Assembly: GCA_965209055.1 (NCBI GenBank)
Contig: OZ242374.1
Coordinates: 704,001-768,000, forward strand
DNA length: 64,000 nucleotides
Origin: Acidobacteriota bacterium
GTDB taxonomy: Bacteria > Acidobacteriota > UBA6911 > RPQK01 > JAJDTT01
Direction: 5' to 3'
How positions within the stretch are numbered: the stretch's first letter is position 1; each line of letters begins with the position of its first letter. The notes beneath the pieces were generated by a model. The model had not been told where the DNA came from. It saw only the letters and a list, made by a program, of their open reading frames with translations, and made no database searches. The translations under genes and the position numbers were made by a program. This document shows, in pieces, positions 29,123-40,355 of the stretch.

Positions 29123-30120
29123 TCAAGCTGCAGCCTTGGAATTGGCTCTCCATTCCCAAAAGTCCTCAAAGCGCCCACTGAGCCGAACACAGCGCAAGGC
29201 CATGATCGAATTCGCTCCTGGCACGTTCCAATGCATTCCGGATCGCTTGAGCCGAGCCCCGATGGCATTCTTGCATCCGGCTTCCACTACTCCGGTGGAC
29301 GTGCAGAGCCCTTGCGCCTCGAATCGGGCGTAACGCATGCGATGTCGATTCTGCTGGAAATAGGTGCAGGCCGCTTTCGCTTCCTCGTTGTGAGCGGCCT
29401 CGGTGGCAAGCTCAGATAAGAGGGTCTCGATCCGACCGGTATCGAGACCGTACAGAGCTTGGCTTCACGGGTCCGGGCCGACCCATCCGGCTGTTTGCCC
29501 GATCGTCCTTGCACCTCAGTCGACCGCATGGGCACCCCCGTGCCGTCCAGGCCCAGATCGAGCGTCGAAGGCAAGGGGAGCCTCGAATCCGGCTCCCGGA
29601 TCTGGCGCTCATAGCCCGCGACTTGCTCTCCCCAGGCCTGGGCCGACCGTTGGACATGTTTGACCCCCACCTCCACTCCGGCCAACTCGTCCAATAACTG
29701 ACTGCTTTCCTGAAAGCTGACCATGGAAGCGACCACTCCCACCATCCGTGTCAGGGCGGGAGACAAGGAGCTCCCCTCCAATCCCAGGCCCCGGTCTCGG
29801 GGACAGAAGCCGTGACCGCATTTCCCACAGTGATAGTAGGCGCGCTCCAATCGAATCGGCCCCAGCACGGTCACGAACCGTTTGGTCCGCCGCCCCGCGT
29901 CGCGTACCGTCCCGCCACAGGAGCAGTGATGGCTGGGCCTGGCATCCGAATGATCCTGGTGGAGCTGCGCTTCCACCGTGCGGGCCGCCCACTCCAAGAC
30001 TTGGCGCCGGAGGGCGGTCTCCAGAGCTTCGAAGTCCAAGGCTTCGGCCGCCAGGGGGCCCATCAGGGTCGGGACTTCTTGCCGGATCTCCTGCGCCAGC
30101 GTTTTTTGGAGCCCTTTTTT
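29123..30120 (-). pseudogene. ISKra4 transposase with central deletion and frameshift
   Basis: After REAKLCTV it jumps (~29445) to sequence matching ~39987 of the second copy. The GDGA segment is missing. Confidence 0.85.
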
Positions 30121-30488
30121 TGGCCCGTCCGGGCCGAAGAAGGGTCCAGCTGAACCTGACAAATCTGCTCGCTGACCTCCACCAACTCCTTCACCAAGCT
30201 CCGCAATCGACGATACTCGGCGATCTGCGCCCGGGTGCGTTCGACCGCCGGCCCCGGGGGAATGATCTTGGTCACGGTTTTGCCGCCGACGCGACGGGTC
30301 AAGGAGAAACTGGGTCCGTGGCCTCGGTCGCCGGGCTGGGCACAGTGACAGTTGGGCTTGCCGCAACGGCGGTAACGCGTCGCGAGAGACCCGGGACGGA
30401 GGTCGCCGATTTCGAGCACGGCCTGCAACAACCGCTGGCGTCGATGTTGGAGCTGGCGCTGAGGGGAACGGTCTGGGGACAGGGGCAC
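30063..30488 (-). CDS. ISKra4 accessory ORF (DUF6788-like)
   Basis: GSL..RYRRCGKPNCHC....HGP motif. Confidence 0.75.
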   Translation of the reverse strand: MPLSPDRSPQRQLQHRRQRLLQAVLEIGDLRPGSLATRYRRCGKPNCHCAQPGDRGHGPSFSLTRRVGGKTVTKIIPPGPAVERTRAQIAEYRRLRSLVKELVEVSEQICQVQLDPSSARTGQKKGSKKRWRRRSGKKSRP

Positions 30489-30603
30489 ACTCCTACCTGA
30501 CAGTTATAGTAACTGACAGAGAGTCTAAGCCCAATCGCTGACGTTCTCTGGCCTTCATCATCAGCATCACTCTCGTGTCGGGCACCCCGGTGCACGCGGA
30601 TTG

Positions 30604-30633
30604 TTGACATCGGCGGACGGCATCCCGTAGAAT
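30604..30633 (+). promoter_or_regulatory. Sigma70-like promoter
   Basis: TTGACA-18 bp-TAGAAT. Paralogous to 40356-40385. Confidence 0.65.
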
Positions 30634-30783
30634 TTTGCAATCCTAGGTTCGCGGATGTCGAATGCTCAATGCTGAATACGCAGATCTCTGCTATTCGTCC
30701 AGTCCAATTCAGTCCGCTTCAGCAAAAGGAGCACGGCGGAGTTGCGCCGGGATTCTTCCTTCAGCCTCACTATTCCCCGCCGA

Positions 30784-30853
30784 GAGGCCGTCAACGAGGC
30801 GACGGGCCTCCGAAGAACCGGCATTTCCAACGACCAGGGGGTTTTCAGTTTCG
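30784..30853 (+). pseudogene. 70-bp relic of a TBDR paralog
   Basis: 66/70 identical to 40698-40767. All four differences are at third codon positions. Confidence 0.8.
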
Positions 30854-30962
30854 AGTGGATCGAGTGGAATCGTTATTGGCAGCCACTGTTGATACGCTGT
30901 AACGTCACCTTAGCCTTTTGATTCTTTGTGTGGGCTAGATTTTCGTCAAGGGGAGGCACCGT

Positions 30963-33900
30963 ATGCTACTTGGCAAACAACATCTCAAAGCAACTTCTCT
31001 ATTAATTATTTTAATCTTGGCAGGCACTCCTTTACTTCTATCGCAGGCTACGACGGGGACGATAACGGGCACCGTCGTCGATGAGGTCGAGGCGGTGATT
31101 CCAGGGGCCACCGTGACTGTAACCAATGTGGACACCGGTGAAGAACGTGAAGCGATCACCGAATGATACGGGTGTTTTCGGACTTCCGTATTTGAGACCA
31201 GGTGTCTATGACCTCAGAGCCGAAATGCCCGGCTTCAAGACGGCCCTACTGACCCAGATCGAGATTCGGGTGGATTCGCACGTCCGTCGCCAGGTGACGT
31301 TGGCAGTGGGGGAGGTTACGGAACAAGTGACCGTCCAGGCTGCGGTGACTCGTGTCGAAACGGAAACACCGGCGATCGGTGAAGTACTGCAGGAACGGGA
31401 GATCAAAGAGCTTCCCATCAATCAGAGAAGTTTTGTCGGCCTGACTCGCTTAACTGCGGGGGCCCACGGTTCCCCCTTTACAGAGTCCGGTAACGCAGGC
31501 GAATCCCATGGTTTTCGCATAGGCCGTGGGGTGACCACCGTCACGATTTCAGGTCAGCGGGAGACCTCGACCAATTACATGTTCGATGGGATCCCGAGTA
31601 AAGAGCCCTTCTACGGATCTTCCGCTCAACTTCCGGCTCTCGATGCTTTGGCTGAAGTGAAAGTCCAGCGGGGTTTCTTCTCAGGTCAAAACGATAATCC
31701 AGCGGTCGTCAACGCAATCACCAAGTCGGGAACCAACGCAATTCACGGCTCCGGCTGGATGTTTCATCGCAACGACAATCTGGACGCGCGAAACTTCTTT
31801 TCAGTCGGCAATCCGGAGTTCCTCCAGAACCAGTTCGGAGCTGAGGTGGGCGGTCCGGTGATTCAAGATAAACTGTTCTGGGTTTTTAGCTACGAAGGTT
31901 TTCGCTCACGAAAGGCCGCGACCGGTCGCAACATCGTCCCCACGTCTCGGCATCTACAGGGAGATTTCTCGGATTTGGCAGAGCCCCTGATCGATCCAAC
32001 CACGGGAGAGCCCTTCCCAGGGAATATCATCCCGTCGAGCAGGTTTCATCCATTTGCCAACCAATACATAGGTCTCGGTTTCATACCGGCGCCCAATCAG
32101 CCGCCCGGTGACGTCTTCAATCTCATTGGCGAGACGGGTCTCGTGAGAAATGATGACAAATTCATCACGCGAGTGGATTTTGCACTCTCGGAGACGGATA
32201 GATTCTTCGGAAGATGGTCCGGGATTGACAGTATCGTCAACGATCGAAGTTTGTTGCCCGGGTCAGAAACGGCGCGTCCGTTAACTGCCCATAATCTGGT
32301 TTTTGATTGGGTTCATTCGTTTGGACCCACACTGGTAGCCAATGCGAAAGCAGGTCTGAATAAGGTGGAAATCAGCTACTGGAGTCCAACAAACGCCCTG
32401 ACGGATCCCGACTGGCCGACGGAATTTGGAATACGGAACATTAACATTGTTCCTGAGTGCAATGCGGTGCCAGGAGTGTCAATGGGTGGCTTTTCGACGT
32501 TTGGTGGGCCAGGCAGCTGCATAGCCCCATTCCAGAATGACTGGCACTACATCTTCAACATGTCATGGATAAAGGGGCGCCATAACGTGTCCTGGGGATT
32601 CGAGGTGCGCGATAAGGGTCACACGCTGATCGGCACCTTCAACCAGCAGGGTAACTTTCAGTATTTGGGTCAGTTCACCGGGCATCCGGTAGCAGACTTT
32701 CTCCTGGGGCATACGAATCGAGTTATCGGTCACAAGACCGGTCCCGCAGTCGACAAAGAAGGAATCTGGTTCAACAGCTTCATCCAGGATGAGTTCAAAA
32801 TCAGCCCCAATGTTAGCCTGACCCTCGGTCTGCGCTATCAGCTCTACCCCTGGCTGGTCTCCACAACCGGGGACCGGCTCGGCCTATTTGACGGAGCCGC
32901 GAACGGAGGCGCCGGAGGCTTTCGCGCCGAGAGGGATGTCGGACGCGTGATTGACGTCGATAAGAACAACTTTGCTCCCCGGATTGGAATTGCGTGGAGC
33001 CCAGGGGGTTCTCAGGATTTTGCCATCCGTTCCAGTTTTGGAATCTTCTACGACGAGGTGCCCGGAAACGAACTGGCGTGGGACGCTATCCTTTCGCCCA
33101 ACAATAGTATTGTCCAGACCTTCTTCAGCGACACCGACAAGCCGACGATCGAAATCTCAACACTTTTTCCGGATCCGCCCCCGGGTGATCCGTTTGATAT
33201 AAAAGACATATCCCTCATACTCTTGAGTACTCCTCAGAGGCGGTCGGATCCCTATCAGCAGATATGGACCCTGAGCGTCCAACGTATGCTTCCTTGGGGC
33301 TTGTTTGGTGAGATGGCTTATGTGGGCTCTCATGGTGTGAGCATGTCGAAGCGGTGGAATATCAATCGGTCCATCGCACGTTGGCGTGAAGGGGGGCGAA
33401 CGGCAAACGACCCGTCCTGCGATTCGGCCTGCCGTCAGGCGAATCGTGCTTGGCCTGATTTTCAATTCATTCTCACGGATCATGCCATGGGACAGTCCTG
33501 GTATCACGGCCTGGAATTCACGCTACGAAAAGCTTTGAGTCAGGGATTGAGTTTTCTGACCACTTACTCCTGGGCGAAATCTTTGGATACTGATTCGTTT
33601 GACAGTAAGGGAGCCCGTAACTATGTGCCCTGGGATCGGGACAAAGGCTTGAGTACCTTCGATTTGCGGCACCGTTTTAACTTCAGCTTCGTATACGAGT
33701 TGCCTCTTTTTGAAGGCCAAAGCGCAGCCATGCGACACGTATTAGGAGGTTGGCAGCTGTCGGGCATCACGACGCTCATGAGCGGTTTCAACTTCCACCC
33801 AACTACAAGCTCGGATCCAGCCAACAGTGAGGCCATCTTCAACAAGCGTCCCAATCGCTTGGGAGACGGCAACCTGCCGGCCGGTCAGCGATCACCGGAT

Positions 33901-34197
33901 CGATGGTTTGATCTCGGCGCCTTTTCATTGCCGGCCCCTGGCACCTTTGGTAACTCGGGTGCTCAATTCCTGTACAGCGATGGTTTTGTCGGTCAGGACT
34001 TAGGGCTATTCAAGAATTTCAATATCCCAGGGATCTCGGAAGAAGCGAGAGTGCAGTTCCGGACAGAGTTTTTCAACATCTTCAATAACGTCAACTTTGG
34101 AAGACCAAGCGCCAATTTGGAGTCCGGATCCTACGGGCGGATCACGACAGCTACCGATGCACGAAGGATCCAATTCGGATTGAAGCTCATCTTCTAG
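30963..34197 (+). pseudogene. TonB-dependent receptor (carboxypeptidase-regulatory-like N-domain, Oar-type), one frameshift near 31161
   Basis: Signal + GTITGTVVD in 30963-31166. Removing one base at ACC-G-AAT joins it to NDTGVF...; ends RRIQFGLKLIF. Could be a sequencing error. Confidence 0.8.
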
Positions 34198-34219
34198 TAC
34201 CCTCTTGAGAAGCTAGAGC

Positions 34220-34258
34220 ACGGACACCGAAGGTGCCTTCGGTGTCCGTCCCTTCTTT
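34220..34258 (+). terminator. Perfect hairpin, probable terminator between convergent genes
   Basis: ACGGACACCGAAGG-TG-CCTTCGGTGTCCGT followed by a pyrimidine-rich tail. Confidence 0.65.
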
Positions 34259-34370
34259 GCTCTCCTCCGATGATTACAGTCTCGAACTTCACCGGGCGAG
34301 CTTGGCTTTTAGCGCTCTGTAGGGGCGCAAAGCATTCTGGCCTGCGCGGTTGAACCGTTCCCGATCCAAG

Positions 34371-36137
34371 CTACGGATACTGCAGCTCCGGAAACAGGGC
34401 AGACTCCGCCTTGAGCCGCTTGTACTGGTTGAGTGCTGCTTCAGCCTCCTGATTCCTCCCGGACCGCCGATAGAGCGTGGACAAGGCGTAGTGCGCTTCA
34501 GGACTATCCGGCTGGATGCCGACAGCATGTTTGAGCAGCCTTTCGGCCTCGGCCAGATTGACATCCTTGATCTGGCGTTCGGCTTTCATCACGAGAGCCT
34601 GAAAATGATCTGAGTCCAGCGCCAGCACACGATCCAGATATTCGTCGGCTTTCCCGCCCTTCTGGTTTTCCTCGTAGAGGGCTTCAAGAACCGCTAGCTG
34701 ATAGAGGGCGTGCACCCCCAACGGTGAGGACTGATTGATAGCCAGCAACTCTTTCTCAGCTTCCTGCGTTCTGCCCAGCATCCGCAATGCCGAGCCCATG
34801 AGCAAACGGGTGTGATCGTCGGGGGCTCCGTTTGAGAGATAGCGGTCGATCCATTCCAGCGCTTTCCCGGCTCGATTGGCGGACAGGTACTGACGCGCCA
34901 CAATGAATTCGAGGCTGTGCTCCGCTGCCGTAGGGGCCACAGCCCGCAGCAGCCTACCGGCGATCTGAGTGTATCCGGGATGTTCCTGGGCTGATATGAC
35001 TGCTGAGACGATCATCTCCTTCAGTAGACCGGGATCGGTCCCCCAGGCTTTGCGAAACGTCTCGACGGCCGCCGTTTCGTTCCCCCGAGCGACGAGGGTA
35101 AAGGACAATCCGAACAGCGCGTGCATATTGTCGGGATTCATGTTGAGGATCTTTTTGTATTCCACCTCGGCCCCGTTCATGTCGAGAGCCTGAAAACGGA
35201 GTCCCGCTAGTTGAAGCCGTGGAGAGGGCGTCGCCGGATCCAGGCGTACATTCTCTCTGAGTGCAGCGATGGCCCGCTGCGGCTGGTTCAGCTGTATCCG
35301 CACCTGGGCCAGAGAATTGAAGTACTGGGGACGCGTCTCCAGTTCAGTCGCTCGGACGAAATACTCGCCAGCTTTCTCCAGATTGCCACGTGCAAACTCC
35401 GCACGGCCCAGGTTGTAGTGCGCCATGGCCGAGGACGGATCCTCAGCCAGAACTTCGCGGGACAACTCCTCAACACGGGGAATGTCTTGCAGTTGAAAAT
35501 AAGTATCGGCCAGCTTGAAAAGAATATCTGGATTTGAGGGTTGTTGCTCCAGAGCTGCCTCTATAGAGCGCGCGGCTTCATCATGTTTTCCTTGGGCGGA
35601 ATAGATTAATCCAAGTTGGTAGTGAACCTCCGCAGAATCCGGGAGGTCCAATTGCAAGGCCCTGGAGATGTGCCGCTCGGCGGATTCGTAGTCCTTCCTG
35701 GCGAAATCCATCCGGCCTTGCAGGAAGTAAACGGGTGCGGCGGCGCCTTCTTTGACGAGTGGTTCGAGCTTGCTTTGCGCCGAGTCCAAATCCCCATTCT
35801 GGAAGTGGAGCAGGCTCAGGAAGTATTGCAGCCGCGAAGGTTCGAACTGAGGATTGTCCACCTGGGGACGAAGCGCCACAACCCGTTCCAAGACCTCGAT
35901 CGCTGCTTTGTATTGAGACTGAAAGTGCAAGCTGACGCCCAGGTAGTAAAGGGCTTGAGCGTCGTCCGGGTAAGAATCAAGGTATTCTCGAAAGAGTTTC
36001 TCGGCCTCGGCCGATTTGTTCTGGTTAAGAAGTTCCAGGGCCTTCTGGCGAGCCTCTAAAAGCTCCTGCGACAGTCCCGGGGCAAAGATCGCGAGGGTTG
36101 TGACGAGTAGCACGGCAAGCTTGCCTGTCCAATTCAC
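34371..36137 (-). CDS. Exported TPR protein
   Basis: Signal peptide and many TPRs. Confidence 0.85.
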   Translation of the reverse strand: MNWTGKLAVLLVTTLAIFAPGLSQELLEARQKALELLNQNKSAEAEKLFREYLDSYPDDAQALYYLGVSLHFQSQYKAAIEVLERVVALRPQVDNPQFEPSRLQYFLSLLHFQNGDLDSAQSKLEPLVKEGAAAPVYFLQGRMDFARKDYESAERHISRALQLDLPDSAEVHYQLGLIYSAQGKHDEAARSIEAALEQQPSNPDILFKLADTYFQLQDIPRVEELSREVLAEDPSSAMAHYNLGRAEFARGNLEKAGEYFVRATELETRPQYFNSLAQVRIQLNQPQRAIAALRENVRLDPATPSPRLQLAGLRFQALDMNGAEVEYKKILNMNPDNMHALFGLSFTLVARGNETAAVETFRKAWGTDPGLLKEMIVSAVISAQEHPGYTQIAGRLLRAVAPTAAEHSLEFIVARQYLSANRAGKALEWIDRYLSNGAPDDHTRLLMGSALRMLGRTQEAEKELLAINQSSPLGVHALYQLAVLEALYEENQKGGKADEYLDRVLALDSDHFQALVMKAERQIKDVNLAEAERLLKHAVGIQPDSPEAHYALSTLYRRSGRNQEAEAALNQYKRLKAESALFPELQYP

Positions 36138-36329
36138 AGGCTAATTACATACCTTGAAACAGGTGCTGCGTGCAATTGTGCGAACCGGAGGCACCATCCT
36201 CCGGAGCGAATGCAGGAGGCGCCTCGGGCGCCGAAAGAGTTTGCCCCCCCACCGGCTGTTGCCAGTCAAACCAGTCAAAGGTGCTTGAAGACGAACCACC
36301 CACGTCGCATACTAGCTTGCTAAAGACGC

Positions 36330-37979
36330 ATGCTGCGCAAGACCGGACATTCCAAAGAGCGTCTGCTGCTCGTTGCAGTCACGGTTCTACTCCTTCTCAC
36401 GCCCGCTTTCATTCTCCCCGGAACTCAACGGGACGAACAGCGCCAGAAGGAGGAGAGTGTAGATCCCTATTCCGATTGGCTCGATGAAGACGTCTTCTAC
36501 ATCGTGACTCCCGAGGAAAGATCGGTCTTCGAGAAACTCACCGCTGACGAGGAGAAGGAGATTTTTATCGAGCAGTTCTGGCGCCGGCGCGACCCCGATC
36601 CGTCCACGGACTTCAACGAGTTCAAGGTCGAGCACTACAGGCGTATAGCCTATGCAAATGAGCGTTACAGTAATGCGGGTGTGTTCGGATGGCAGACTGA
36701 CCGGGGGCGCATCTACATTACTTTCGGCCCGCCTGAATCAGTCGACAAATACGGTGCAGGAGCAACCTACTATCGGGAGATCGAGGAGGGTGGAGGCGCG
36801 ACCCAGGTCTACCCCATGGAAAAGTGGTTCTACAACTACATTGAGGGGATAGGCAACGGCATTGAGATCGAATTCGTGGATCGTTCCATGACAGGCGACT
36901 TCCGGATCGCGTTGCGGCCCGAGGAGAAGGATGCCCTCCTGCGTATGCCCGGGGGTGGGAAGACCCTGTTCGAGAAGATGGGCTTCGAGACGAGAGCCTC
37001 TCGGATCAGGGGCTCGGAGCTGATGCGAAGCTTCGGCGGGGACGACGACGTCTACCACAAAGCAGGAGCGAATCCCTTTCTTCGTCTGGAGAGGTATTTC
37101 CAGCTGCAAAAGCCTCCCGAGATCAAGTTCACTGATTTGAAGGCGCAGGTAGACACGCGGGTCCGCTACACACGGTTTCCCGTTTCAGCCAACAACTCGC
37201 ACTTGCGGTTGAATGATTCTTCGTTTCTGGCTCCGATCACGGTCTATCTTCCGGTCTCGGAATTGACTTACCAATCGCTGGGAGAGGAAACGGAGCGCGC
37301 CACCGTGAATCTCTACGGTGCCGTGAGAAGTGCAGGCGGCAGGGTCATTCAGGAGTTCGAGGAGACTGTCTACGATGACCGGCGCGCGGGACTGGATCCC
37401 TCGGACGCCTATATCTACCCCTACAAGCGCTACCAGAAGATCATCCCGCTGTCGCCTGGTCTGTACAAACTAAGTCTCGTAGTCGAGGACGTCAGCAGTG
37501 GCGAGATGGGTTACCTGGAAAAGAAGTTGAATCTTCCTGTCAAGATGAGCGACGAACTCTCGCTTTCGTCGGTTGTCCTTTCCGATCTCATCACTCCGGC
37601 CAAAGAGGGCAGCTTGCCGGATCCTTTTGTGACGGCGCTGGGATGGAAAGTCTACCCGGTCAGCAACAACCACTTCCGCTCAGGAGAATCCCTCGGCATG
37701 TATTTCGAGGTGTATAACTTCGCAATCGATGGTGCCAGCTCGTACCCAGATCTGGACATCCTGGCAGAAGTCAAAGACAGCCATGGAAAAGTGCTGGTCA
37801 ACCAGGCGGACCAGGCACTCTTCGAAGTCCTGGGGGACCGGATAGCTGTCGCTTTTGTCTTCGGCTTGAAGGGCTTCGGGGCAGGCAAGTACGACCTTGA
37901 GTTGAAAGTGGAGGATCGGATCCTGCAGAAGAAGGTGTTGCAAAGGACCCGCTTCCAGGTCCCGCCAGACGAGTCTTGA
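36330..37979 (+). CDS. GWxTD domain-containing protein
   Basis: WLDEDVFYI, FIEQFWRRRDP, EHYRRIAYAN, GWQTDRGRIYITFGPP. Confidence 0.9.
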   Translation: MLRKTGHSKERLLLVAVTVLLLLTPAFILPGTQRDEQRQKEESVDPYSDWLDEDVFYIVTPEERSVFEKLTADEEKEIFIEQFWRRRDPDPSTDFNEFKVEHYRRIAYANERYSNAGVFGWQTDRGRIYITFGPPESVDKYGAGATYYREIEEGGGATQVYPMEKWFYNYIEGIGNGIEIEFVDRSMTGDFRIALRPEEKDALLRMPGGGKTLFEKMGFETRASRIRGSELMRSFGGDDDVYHKAGANPFLRLERYFQLQKPPEIKFTDLKAQVDTRVRYTRFPVSANNSHLRLNDSSFLAPITVYLPVSELTYQSLGEETERATVNLYGAVRSAGGRVIQEFEETVYDDRRAGLDPSDAYIYPYKRYQKIIPLSPGLYKLSLVVEDVSSGEMGYLEKKLNLPVKMSDELSLSSVVLSDLITPAKEGSLPDPFVTALGWKVYPVSNNHFRSGESLGMYFEVYNFAIDGASSYPDLDILAEVKDSHGKVLVNQADQALFEVLGDRIAVAFVFGLKGFGAGKYDLELKVEDRILQKKVLQRTRFQVPPDES

Positions 37980-38115
37980 GCAAGATCCGAAAGCTTTCGG
38001 GCCGCTTTTCGCCACCCCACTAATTCTTTCTCCTACCTACAGCAGGGAGCAAACTTGCATATTGGCGGGCCTCACGGTCTTTGAGCGGAACACCTATGAG
38101 ATTGGCGAATAGGCA

Positions 38116-39757
38116 GTGATGATGAAACTGAAGAGCCTCGGCGTGATCCTGCTTCTGTGGCTGCCGATGGCCGTTCTCTCCAACCCGAATCAATACCGGG
38201 AAGTCTCAAGCGAACTCGGATTCCTGGGAAAAAATATCACTGGCGACGCCGACAAACCCCTGATCGTTGATTCGATGAGTGGAGGGGTCCTTTGTCTTGA
38301 CTATAACAACGACGGTTATATTGATGTCTACCTGGTCAATGGAGCCCAGAGAGGCGGAAAGAAGACTCCTAACCTTCTCTTTCGCAATAAAGGCAACGGA
38401 CACTTCGAAGAGGTAGCTAAGGAGGCAGGAGTAGCAGATTTGGGTTGGGGGATGGGCGGGACAGCGGCTGACATCGACAACGACGGCGATACGGACCTTT
38501 ACGTTACAAACTTCGGTCCCAATCGGCTTTACCGCAACAACGGCGATGGTACTTTTACCGACTTCACGCAGGCTTCGGGCACGGGCAGTAGTGCCTGGAG
38601 TGCCAGTGCAGCTTTTGCGGACCTCGATGGGGACGGCTGGGTCGACCTCTATGTGACCAACTACGTGGACTTCGACTTCTCTGCCCCCCCCCACATCCGG
38701 CCGATTCTGCCGTTTCAAAGGACGACCGGCCTATTGCGGACCGAAGCGCTATCCGGCCTCCCGCGATGTCCTTTACAGAAACCTGGGCAACGGAGTCTTT
38801 TCGGATGTCAGTAGAACGAGTGGTATTGCCGACCGCAGCTACTATGGACTTGGAGTGGTCTGCACCGATTATGACAACGACGGCGATCTCGACGTTTATG
38901 TCGCCAATGATTCGGTTCCCAACAATCTTTTTCAGAATAACGGCCGGGGTCAGTTCAAAGATGTGGCGCTGCAGGCTGGCGTAGCCGTGGATGCCAACGG
39001 AAGAGAGCAAGCGGGGATGGGGGTCGACGCCGGGGATTATGACAACGATGGCTGGATGGATCTGTATGTGACGAATTTTTCGGAAGAGTACAACACCCTC
39101 TATCGCAATCTGGGGAACGGCTTTTTTAGCGACAGCACCCGCGAGACCGGATTAGCTCAACCCACTATGAGCTATTTGGGATTCGGCACAGGTTTCATCG
39201 ACTTCAACCGTGATGGTCGCGTGGACCTCTTTGTCGCGAATGGTCATCTCTACCCCAACGTGCCACCCTATTCGATGCCGGATCAGTGGTTCTTGAATAT
39301 TGGGAACAGCCAGTTTCGCGATGTTTCGAATCAGGCATTCCCCTCACCAACCGCCGCCGTTGGACGCGGGGCGGCGTTTGTCGATCTCGACAATGACGGA
39401 AGTCTCGAGATCGTCGTCTCCATTCTGGATGATCAACCGCTGGTCTACCGTCGAGACCAACTGGGGAATCACTGGCTGGGCCTGAGACTCCAGGGAACAT
39501 GCAGCAATGGCGACGCCCTGGGGACGCGTGTCTTTCTGTCTTCAAAAAAAGGTGGTCCTCAGCAGATGAGAGAGGTACGGAGTTCCTCCAGCTATTGCTC
39601 ACAAAATGACCCGCGCATTCTCTTTGGCGTGCCCGACGGGGAAGCGGCGCTCAGGGTTGAGATTCGTTGGCCCAGCGGAAAGACATCGGTGCTCAAGGAC
39701 CTGAAACTCAATCGCTATCACGAAGTTGTAGAACCGGCTTGTGACGAGCCCGGCTGA
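38116..39757 (+). pseudogene. CRTAC1-family protein frameshifted at a C9 tract (38684-38692)
   Basis: With C8 the frame reads APPTSGRFCRFKGRPAYCGP...GLGVVCTDYDNDG and runs on to the ASPIC/UnbV end. Confidence 0.85.
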
Positions 39758-40337
39758 TGGGATTCGGAGCCTGAGGCTCAACGCCGCCGTTTGGGGCAAG
39801 CGCAACGGCAAGATGTTCTGGGAGACGGAGCGAAGTGGATTTGGAACCTGACCGGGGAACTCTTCCCGGAGGCGGTGCAGATTATCGATCGCTTCCACGC
39901 CAAAGAGCGACTTCATACCCTCTCCAAGAACTTATTCGCTGATCGCCAGTTGGCCCAGGATTGGGCGCAACAACGTTGCCTGGAACTCGATGCCGGTCGG
40001 ATCGAGACCCTCTTATCTGAGCTTGCCACCGAGGCCGCTCACAACGAGGAAGCGAAAGCGGCCTGCACCTGTTTCCAGCAGAATCGACATCGCATGCGTT
40101 ACGCCCGATTCGAGGCGCAAGGGCTCTGCACGTCCACCGGAGTAGTGGAAGCCGGATGCAAGAATGCCATCGGGGCTCGGCTCAAGCGATCCGGAATGCA
40201 TTGGAGCGTGCCAGGAGCGAATTCGATCATGGCCCTGCGCTGTGTTCGGCTCAGTGGGCGCTTTGAGGACCCTTGGGAATGGAGAGCCAATTCCAAGGCT
40301 GCAGCTTGATCCGTCGTCACTTTTTTGTCGTGCACCC
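39758..40337 (+). mobile_element. 3' fragment of a second ISKra4 copy (opposite orientation)
   Basis: LGDGAKWIW, IDRFHAKE, TGVVEAGCK. Near-identical to the reverse complement of 29095-29445. Ends in the IR ...GTCGTGCACCC. Confidence 0.9.
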
Positions 40338-40355
40338 CCCCCCGAACTCGGACTG

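Larger units (their letters stand above)
29095..30587 (-). mobile_element. ISKra4-family IS, internally deleted, with IRs and 9-bp target duplication
   Basis: Imperfect IRs GGGTGC(A/C)CGACA.....GTGA. Direct repeat CGGTGCACG at 29086-29094 and 30588-30596. Transposase motifs RAYYHC..CGHG, DGTGVPM, REAKL, TGVVEAGCK. Confidence 0.9.

Noticed and set aside
29095-40337. Composite transposon formed by the two inverted ISKra4 copies
   Set aside because: The 9-bp target duplication flanks copy 1 alone, and the flank of copy 2 differs, so these are independent insertions.
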